Source: a virus
Length of the DNA: 64,000 nt
IMG/VR virus record: IMGVR_UViG_3300044615_001997
Strand: one strand, 5' to 3'
How positions within the stretch are numbered: the stretch's first letter is position 1; every line of letters starts with the position of its first letter. The position numbers and the translations under genes are program-made. The notes under the pieces are model-generated. The model made no database searches. It saw only the letters and a program-made list of their open reading frames with translations, and was not told the origin of the DNA. Below, piece after piece: positions 38,780-48,300 of this stretch.

Positions 38780-39355
38780 ATGATAAACACAGAAAGTACT
38801 AATTTGAACAAGTCCATTTCCGGATTCATAAAGGTATGGAAAACCTCGCCGGAAACAGGTGAGAGCCAGTTGATCGTAGACCAGCCTAATATGATTTTGT
38901 ACGGCGGGGCTAGACTAATGTCTTACGCTATTTCTGGAAGAGAAAATGCAAAAATTTGGGGAATGTACATTGGCTTTAATAACAACCCAAATGGCGAATT
39001 TACCAGACCCGTCATAGACCCATCTTATTCTCAACCATTTGCAAATTTAGATCCTGACGATGGATTTGGTTATTTAAGAGAGCCTTTAACATTTACTCCA
39101 ACTTATCTATCAGACGGCATTTATACAGATAATACCGCATTATTTAGCGTTATGGTAACGTCATCTACCTCCATTAATGCTACACCATTTTTGCATGATG
39201 TTAGCCGTATTTACGAGGTAGCTCTGGTAGGATCTTTAGATCCTTCCAACAGTACGAAGGACATAGTTTTTTCTAGAACAGGTTTTAACCCTGTTAAATA
39301 TGATACTAATTTTAATTTTACAATAACTTGGGGGATCAAATTCCTCGTAGACTAA
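38780..39355 (+). CDS. Baseplate/tail-fibre attachment protein (191 aa)
   Basis: NMILYGG, IYEVALV, IVFSR, FTITWGI pattern of tail-collar/wedge proteins. Confidence 0.6.
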   Translation: MINTESTNLNKSISGFIKVWKTSPETGESQLIVDQPNMILYGGARLMSYAISGRENAKIWGMYIGFNNNPNGEFTRPVIDPSYSQPFANLDPDDGFGYLREPLTFTPTYLSDGIYTDNTALFSVMVTSSTSINATPFLHDVSRIYEVALVGSLDPSNSTKDIVFSRTGFNPVKYDTNFNFTITWGIKFLVD

Positions 39356-39363
39356 TTTTAGCC

Positions 39364-41469
39364 ATGCCTATCACACCTTGGGTTCCTACAGTAAGAACGA
39401 TCAGAGACGGGGAAGAAGTTTCTCAGTCTGTGGTGAACGTACCTCTCGAACAATTAATTCAGAGGGAGCAGCACCTGTATGAAAAATTTGAAGAATTGCT
39501 CGGTAAATCTGTTCTCATTGCGTTTGGGCAACCAGTTTATCCTACAGAGCTGCAAGGGACCAAACCCCTACACCAAGATGAACTAAATATTGTTTATTTT
39601 AGAGAAGACTCTGGTGGTCGTGGTGTGGCTAGAGCTTTAACAGGGTTTTCTTCCACTAGTACTAAGGGTATGTATGCACCCAATAAGTCTAATTATTCTT
39701 TTGGTATTGTTAAAGCTATGTCTCCAGGAACGACTCCGTTGGTAGACACCTATATTGAGGGACTATGCGAGTTATCAATTGATTTAGACGATCCAGACCG
39801 TGGTTTAATTGAAGTCGAAAGAAACCATTTAAATGAGCCTGTCGTGGAACCTTTTGAAGTAGGTCCTTATTATTTATCCAGAAAATATCCTGGCAAGATA
39901 ACCAAAGATCCTGCAGGTATCCCAACTTATGTAGGATACGCTATATCTAAACGTAAATTTTTGTTACATGCCTCAGTTGACGAGTTTTCTCAATTTTTTA
40001 TTAACTACAGATATAATGTTTTGGATCGACCAGCCGCAACACCATTACTGACAGGAAGTACTTGGACGATACCCACAACCGGTAATCCAAATAGGCTTGG
40101 TTGGATAGCAGCTAATTCTAATAATTTACCTGGTTATTCAATTCCTTCAGGAGCTAAGTTTTTTTATTATATTCCTGAAGGACTATTGCTGCCTACTTCA
40201 CCAGACGCAGATTCATTGACAGAAAGTGAAAAAGTTGAGGCATCAGAATTAAAAGGATTACTTCCTCCTGTACCTTCAAACTTTGTAGAAATCAAAGCAA
40301 ATGGTATTACACAACGTTTGTTAGATGAGTACACACCGGACGGTATATATAAAATAGATAACTATGGTTTATGGTGGTTCGATGACCAGGCGGGATTTCA
40401 ACCTTGGGCAGATGACATTTTGTCGGAAGGTGTTTGGACTCCGAACGACTGGCTAGAATATAGGGGTAGTAACTTTAGAAGACCTAGGCTTTTTATATCT
40501 TTTTCTAAATTTAACCCAGCTTTGAGAACACAGTTAGTTAGTTCTCTAACTCCTTATAATGATTTGGAAAACTCTAATGTCCCTGCAGGTGAAAAAAATA
40601 ATAGTGAGGAATTTATAAAGTTTTATTTAAAGGAAACAATTACTTCAGCCGTAGTCAAAGAATCTAAGACAGGTGACTTGGCTGTAAAAGTTACACCTAA
40701 GTTTATTCCTAAAGGAGTCACAGGATCAGCTCCAATCCCACCGCAAGCACCTACAGCCACCTATACATCTGACAGAGGTGTAGCTGACCTATCTTTCGAC
40801 CAAGCAGCAGGAAAGTTTGTAAAAGTTTCTACACCGGTAGTAGCTAAAATAAATGGTCAGGGCGGAATAAATGTAACTCCGGCACAGAATCAACCAGGCG
40901 TATTCAACATATCATATATGTCTACAGGTATCTATGGTGCCATCGATTCAATAGAGCCTGTTAACGCTAGATTGGAGTTTAGAGGATTAAGTTCTTATTT
41001 AAAATTTCCATATGCTCAAACGATAACAGTTCCTTATGGTGTCATAGGTAAAATATTATTAACTAAAAAAGCTATAGCCGCTCCCGCTAATCTCAAAATA
41101 TATGTTCAAGCCTTCGGCACTGCGAGCTATGCACCAGAAGCTACCGATAAACAAATAGCTTTTACATTTGAATATGCTGCAACCACAGCTGCCAATAGTG
41201 AAGCTCCAACATCGGTCAAGATAGCAAATAAGTCTGTTTTAACTGCCGCAGTAAGCAGCTCGGTTGTTTTAACCACTCTCACACCAATAGAGGAAGGTTA
41301 TACTGCGTATGATGTAGTTAATCTTGAAGGTAACCTTGTTATCCCAGCTGCTAATATAGCCGAGGACACTGTAGTAAATTTTAAATTAATGCGAAACATC
41401 ACTGAAACCGGTAATTACTTAGGAGACCTAGGTATACTTGGTTTATACTGGGGTGTAGAACTAACATAA
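39364..41469 (+). CDS. Tail fibre-associated structural protein
   Basis: Probable start at ATG 39364; N-terminal IRDGEEVSQSVVNVPLEQLIQREQHL resembles phage fibre N-termini. Confidence 0.6.
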   Translation: MPITPWVPTVRTIRDGEEVSQSVVNVPLEQLIQREQHLYEKFEELLGKSVLIAFGQPVYPTELQGTKPLHQDELNIVYFREDSGGRGVARALTGFSSTSTKGMYAPNKSNYSFGIVKAMSPGTTPLVDTYIEGLCELSIDLDDPDRGLIEVERNHLNEPVVEPFEVGPYYLSRKYPGKITKDPAGIPTYVGYAISKRKFLLHASVDEFSQFFINYRYNVLDRPAATPLLTGSTWTIPTTGNPNRLGWIAANSNNLPGYSIPSGAKFFYYIPEGLLLPTSPDADSLTESEKVEASELKGLLPPVPSNFVEIKANGITQRLLDEYTPDGIYKIDNYGLWWFDDQAGFQPWADDILSEGVWTPNDWLEYRGSNFRRPRLFISFSKFNPALRTQLVSSLTPYNDLENSNVPAGEKNNSEEFIKFYLKETITSAVVKESKTGDLAVKVTPKFIPKGVTGSAPIPPQAPTATYTSDRGVADLSFDQAAGKFVKVSTPVVAKINGQGGINVTPAQNQPGVFNISYMSTGIYGAIDSIEPVNARLEFRGLSSYLKFPYAQTITVPYGVIGKILLTKKAIAAPANLKIYVQAFGTASYAPEATDKQIAFTFEYAATTAANSEAPTSVKIANKSVLTAAVSSSVVLTTLTPIEEGYTAYDVVNLEGNLVIPAANIAEDTVVNFKLMRNITETGNYLGDLGILGLYWGVELT

Positions 41470-41474
41470 CTTAA

Positions 41475-42377
41475 ATGCCTTGGATAGATTCATTAGATTA
41501 TTTAAACTTAAACTCCTTGAGACGTTATCCTTTGAGAGAAGGAACGTCTGTTAGGAGCATAGATGAACTATTTGAAATTCCCGATACTTTAATCGTAGAA
41601 TTTTCTTTGGCAGCGTCTAACGACGTCAGCAAACGTTATTATATATCAAAGTTTTTTAACAAGATCTTTTCTGCCACAATAGAGATATCAGAAATTTCTA
41701 CAATCCCCGACCTCGTTGTTGGCAGCTTCGATATAGATTTTAATACACATAAAATCAACGATACTTATTATTTAACAGCCACTAACGACTATGTTGGGGC
41801 AAGGGGAAGAATTACTTTAGGTAGTATAGAGGATCTTAAAAATCAGCCAGCCGGTAATTTTATTTTTTCACCAGAAGCCACAGAGCTTGAGCCTAAAACA
41901 ATAGTGCCGGGATTGGCTGGTGTAACAAGAATTAAATATATTGATTCAGAGTCAAATACCAGAAGTTTAACTGGTGATGTGATTATGCAGGCTCGGAACA
42001 ATATGAGATTTCAATATGAGCTTGATGAAAATCGCGTGGTTATGGATGTGGGAGATAACCTGGGGTTAAATAAAAATTGTGAAGTAACAAACTGTATCAA
42101 GAGAATAAATGGTGTGGGTCCTGATCCTGACACAGGAAACATTAGTTTGTTAGGTATTGATTGTTTAAATATTTCTAGTACATCGCCATATACAATAGAG
42201 TTGGATGATAGTTGCTGCACACCTTGCTCTGGTTGTGAAGATTTGTCTGAATTAACAACCAGGCTTACAAGTTTAGAAAATAAATTTATTGAACTTAAGA
42301 ATTTCTATACAACTATAAACGGACAATTAACAAATTATTTAACAACCGTTAATTCTAATTGTGAATGTCCTGATTAG
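41475..42377 (+). CDS. Tail fibre/appendage protein, NxxxxYP paralogue 1
   Basis: DYLNLNSLRRYPL, IKRINGVGPD..GNI, Cys cluster and C-terminal coiled coil. Confidence 0.6.
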   Translation: MPWIDSLDYLNLNSLRRYPLREGTSVRSIDELFEIPDTLIVEFSLAASNDVSKRYYISKFFNKIFSATIEISEISTIPDLVVGSFDIDFNTHKINDTYYLTATNDYVGARGRITLGSIEDLKNQPAGNFIFSPEATELEPKTIVPGLAGVTRIKYIDSESNTRSLTGDVIMQARNNMRFQYELDENRVVMDVGDNLGLNKNCEVTNCIKRINGVGPDPDTGNISLLGIDCLNISSTSPYTIELDDSCCTPCSGCEDLSELTTRLTSLENKFIELKNFYTTINGQLTNYLTTVNSNCECPD

Positions 42378-42386
42378 AATTAAGGT

Positions 42387-45300
42387 ATGTCTGCATACGA
42401 ATATTTAACAGTAAATAGTTTGACTACTTATCCGTTTAGAGACGGTAGAGCTGTTAATTCTATTCAACCTATAGATGCGGATGTTTTTTTAGACATTCTT
42501 TTTGTTGTTTATGACCCGACGATAAAACGTCCTTACATAAAACAAATAAAGTCTGAAGACGGAGGAGTGTCTATAGATTTTCATGATGTAGACGGAGATC
42601 TTAAAATTTTTACAGTTGAAATACCTTCGGCTGAATTTGTAAGTCATTATAAAAATTTTGATAAATCTTTTTTTGGATATATACCGAATGAATATAGGCC
42701 TAAGGCTGCAGTTAAATTAGTGTTTGGTCAGGGTATTTCTAAGATAGCAGATGTTCAATCTACCGTCGTATATACTCCCGATGAAACAGAGTTATCGCCA
42801 TCAGCAGTACAATATTCTGTCCCAGAGGTTTCTACTTTAGAGTTTGAGTCTTGGTTCCCGGACTTTGATAGTAAGAACTATAATCCTAGCGCAGGGCAGG
42901 ATATAATTTCTGTAAAAACTTATTTAAGGGAAGAAGAAGTTAAAATGCGTTATGGGTTTAATAACGTATTTAATTACTTAGCTCCGAGAACAATGTTTTT
43001 AGACGTAGCTAGGGGAGCTGGGCTGGGGCTGTACGACCCATGCGATAATATCCCACCGCACGATTTAATCACTAGAATAAATCAAGTTGAACCTGACCCA
43101 TCAGGTAATATTTATTTCAAAGTATCAGATTGTCATTCATTAAGATTGTTGACTGACGATGAGCGAAACAGCGCATTGGAAAGAATTTTGGCTGACGGTA
43201 CTGACTACGTTAATTTTAATGTTAAACATTATTTAAAATTTTGGGATCAACTACCTTATCAAAACTATAATGAAACTATTTCACCTAACGGAAAAAACGT
43301 TAATATTTTGGGGGACGGTCAAAACGGCACAATTAATTCTATTAATCATGGATTTGTTTTAGAAAATCACTGTAAACCTAAATGTCCTCATGAAAATTTA
43401 AATGCTTTTGCTGAATATTTAAACCGAGTAAAAGATGGAGTATCTGAACTTTTTAAAGTGGTTGAAAACCCTATTGAGACTTGCGGTTACGCCACTATCA
43501 ATGGAGCTATTTTAACAGCTACTAGTTTTTGTGACCAAAATATAATAAATTCTAATTGGCTCGAAGCTCCTCTGTGTAATCAAGGATTTAAAAAATATTT
43601 TCATGAAGGTAGAAAAATTAAAATTCGTTATAATAATGCTACTTTTTATAATCCTGAAATAGTGGAAGTAATCGAAGGTCAAAACGGTTTAAACACCCAG
43701 ATTGTGTTAAACCAAGAACTTCCAGATTTTCTACCAGGAGAACAGTATTTATTTAAAGTTTTAGACTTTGGTTTAGTTAATAAATTAAATTTTGAAATCA
43801 TTAAACATAATAATGCATTAATAACCACAAACTCACCATATATTGAGTTTAACTATGGTACTGTAGAGGCATTTAATAATGATGATGAATATGTTACATT
43901 TATAACAACAGTTACCGTTGTATATAATCCAAGTGAAGAAGAAATAACTGTCGATTTTACTTCTGCAGTAAACGATATAACTACCTTAATAGATACTTCG
44001 GTTAAGGTAAAATATCCCGACGGTGAAATACGTTACGAAGAAACGGAAGCGGTGGTACCTTGTAAGGGTTATGCTATTTGGGAAGCTATTTTTTATGTTC
44101 CTTGTAGTCCTGAGCTTCCCGCACCTCCAAATGAAGGACATGTTATAATTTCAGTGGTAAATCGCAGCACGGGAGAAATTTTAGAGAATGCTCCAAAAGA
44201 AGTAAAATTAAATAGTGCTAATTGTGTTAACATTGATATCAAGACAATACGAACCTCAGCTAAAGAAAACGATTTATTTAAATTTAACATAGTAAAAGCT
44301 TTAAATTTAAGTGATGTTGCAAACATATCTTTTGCGGGAAATATTCCTGCTTGGTTGAATAGAGACACTTCTTCTACTGGTGCAGTTATTCCAGGTATTG
44401 AAGATAATGAAGGATACCACCTTTGGGGGACACCAACGGCAAATAATCAAGGAATTTTAAATGAAGAGTTTTCTATAGATATAACGATAACTGCTTCTGG
44501 TGTGTTTAGAACAACATTATTTTTAAGCTATATCGCAAAACCTAGAATAATTTCACATACAAATGGACAAATTATAGAAATAAACCCTCCAGATACATTC
44601 ACTAGAACTTACACACAAGGATCACCGTTAATTAGAATAAATGCAACCAACACCCCAATTGATTATAGATTTGAATCTGCGATACCTGGTTTTGGTCAAG
44701 CTGGCGCAAATTCTAATAAATTTATAGGTAGATATGGGTATAATCCAACATTTGTTTTTCCAATAACTTATCCAGTTAGACTGTTTGCCATAAATAGTGC
44801 ATCTTCTGAGGAGGATGAACTGTATGTAGATATTTTTGTAAAAGTTTATAATGTTGGGCAGACAGCTTCAACAGCTTTTCAAGATATTGCATATTGTTTC
44901 ACTATTCCAAACCCAGATTCAGCAGCACTAACATTAATTTCTACACTACCTTTATGGTTAAATTTTGATAGAAATGCTGCCGAGTGTAATTTGAGCGGAT
45001 TAAATAGTTCAAATATTTCTGTTATTGAGCGCGTGGTTATTCGATACGATTATGCCAATGGCTTTGAAAATAGAGAGTATTCGATAGGCTACAGGGCACG
45101 CCCTGTTATAACTTACCCACCCGAGCAAGTTGGAAACAATATTTTCACATTAGAGTTACGACCCCCAGACTACACAGTTTCAGGGCTTTCTAAAGTTTAT
45201 AACGAGCAAAATCCTTTAATTAGTGTAAAAATTTTAGATGCCTCTAGTACCGGATTAGTTTACTCAGCCGAAGGACTACCTACAGGCTTAGAAATAAATG

Positions 45301-48300
45301 AATCTGGTAAGATTATAGGACAAATAGATGAGTCGGTTATTCCTGGAGATTATCTCATAACCTTAAGAGTGGCTGATCCGGCTTTTTCCGGAACATTAGG
45401 AATAGCGGTACGACAGATCAAATTGATTTTAATTGCCGATGAAAAATTGTTTATAGCTAGAGAAAACTCTAATTTTTGTTTAAAGTTTACTGAATTAGCT
45501 TCTGCATCTAGTTATACAGTAAAAGATTGGTTAGATGGAAAACCAACTTGGCTGACTGAAGCTAATAGAGTTGGAGCAGCTTGTCATTTAACTAATTCGG
45601 ATAATTTGAAGCCGAGCGGTGACTTAAGTAAAGACTATAGATTTACATTGGCGTACATCACAGCAACTAATCCACCCATACAGTTAGAAGTGAACTATCT
45701 TTTAAGGTATATAGCCAAACCAAGAATATTGTATCCACAAAATGGAGAAGTTTTTCAAATAGCTTCCGAAGATTTATCAGAGGTGGTATTTACTGAAGAA
45801 AATCCATTACTGTCTTTTGAAGTAGTCAATGATCCCACTAATTATGAAATAACTGGACTGCCATCAGGATTAAGTTTGGTAAATGGAAAAATTGTGGGAG
45901 CTGCTACAAACGCTAATCCTGTAGGAGATTATAATGTTACTTTGTATGCTAGCAATACAGCAGGTGTTTCTAGTATTAGTATAAAAATTAGCATAAAAAA
46001 TATCACTATTCAAAGAGCTTTTCAGCTTGATGCATTTTGTTATAAAATCACCGGAATTTCAAACGCACTATACTATTCTTTAGAGGGCGATAAACCAAAT
46101 TGGTTAACCTTCAATCCAGCTTCAAATGCTGTTTGCCCTGTAGGAAATTTATATGGAACACCTCCCATCAGCGCAAATCAAAGTGCATCATATGATTTAA
46201 TATTGGTAGCACACAGAGGTAGTGGGGAATTAAGACAAAGCTTTAAACTAGAATATTATGCTAGACCAAATATAACTTATCCTTTACCAGACACCGTTTT
46301 TACAATTTCACCACCAGACTATAATAACCTTTTATTCACAAGCACAAATCCACTATTCAAAATAGAGGCAGATAATAACCCTACTTCTTATAGGGTAAAT
46401 GGTTTTCCTGAAAGAACTTTTCGCGTAGACGGTAATGGTAATATTATAGGCAGTTCTGGTGCCACCATAACAGACACACAAATACCAGTACAGCTTTATG
46501 CTCGCAATGAGGCAGGTGAATCTACTCCTGTCAGAATCTTTATAGTTATTACAAACCAGATTAACACAATTACTTTTAATTATACAGCAGCTACACCTTG
46601 TGCTACTGGAGCAAAATATAAATTTGAACTCGAGGATCAACCTGAAAGCATCACATTAGTAGGGCATCCAACTTGGATAACATTTAACCCGAGTTTAACA
46701 ACCGATTGTAATTTAACTTTCGGCAATAATAGACCTGTTTTAACTACATCACAAACGATACCATTAACTCTTACTAGAAATTATCGTGGAGGCAATACCA
46801 AAGAAACATTTAATTTATTAATCACCACAATACCAATTATAACTAATCCAATAAACACAACTTTACCGACAAACAGAATACGTTATGTTATATCGCAGCC
46901 AGATTTTAATAATAGAATTTATTCTGTACAGTCACCACTTTTAACAATTACTGCCACAAATTCTCCAACAAACATAACAGCTTCAGGATTACCATCAAGT
47001 TTAAGTGTAGTAACTTCTGGGCCTGATATAGGCAAAGTAATAAGTGTCAATCAAAGTATTCCAGTATCTGAATTAGGCTTATTCATAGTAACCGCCACAG
47101 CTTCTAATGGGGCAGGTAGTTCTATGACAGTTGTTTTTGAGATCGAGGCTAAAAACGAAATAATAGAAATATCCACACGTCAAGGCGAGGCCATCAATAA
47201 TGAATTTTGTAAACTTATTACAAGGGACAGAGCAACATCTTATTCTATTGTAGCCGGAACATTATTGAATGGTTTAAATTTTTCAGGCTCTACAGATGCA
47301 GGCTGTAACTTTTTTGGAGTACCTTCGGGAGGTAATGACGAACTATCTATTTTAGATGTGAGAAGTAATTATGTAGGAGGATTTTCAACTTTTAGAATAA
47401 GATTTTCACATATAAATAAACCCAGCATTGTTAGATTTACGAGAAACGGCAATACTATTATAGATGACGCTTTATCTGTTTTACCTGGTGTTTACGTGGG
47501 CACGACTTTTACGGAAGAACTACCACTATTTTCAATAGATACTACAGGAAATCCTACCAGTTTTTATGCTGAAGGTTTCCCGCAAAATTCAACTTTATCT
47601 ATAAGCTGTAATGGTAAAGTTATAGGAACTATTAATCAAGCCGCTGCAGGTAAATATACTGTGATAATAACAGCTGTAAATGAGGCAGGCGAATCAGAAA
47701 AAAGAACAATATATTTAGACTTTTCTCAAGCAGTTCCAGTAATCACGTGGGAAAATCCTGACGATATTACACATCCAACCCCGCTTAATTCTATAGATCA
47801 TTTAAACGCTACAGCTAATGTTCCTGGGTCATTTGCATATTTACCACCAGCAGGCAACATTCTTTCTGCCAGTACGCAGCCAAGGGTGCTTACAGTTACG
47901 TTTACACCTACAGATCAAATTACTTACGCTACAGTAGCCAAATCCGTAACGATACGAGTTTTCAAGGCAACTCCCACAATAACGTGGAACACTCCATCAG
48001 CTATAAGTTACTATACCGCATTAACTGCAGCACAATTAAACGCAACGGCAAACATAGCAGGTACATTTGTATATAGTCCGGGGTTAGGACACATATTTAA
48101 TGCTGGGACGCATTCTATAACAGTAACATTTACACCTGTAGATACTACAAATTATAATTCTGCGACAAGGCAGACGGAATTAGTAGTTAACAAAATTACT
48201 GTTACCCCGAGCAATATCTACTGGTCTACTCCATCAAGTATTGTCTATGGTGTTGCTTTGAGCGGTACACAATTGAATGCGTTAGCTAGAATCAGTTCTA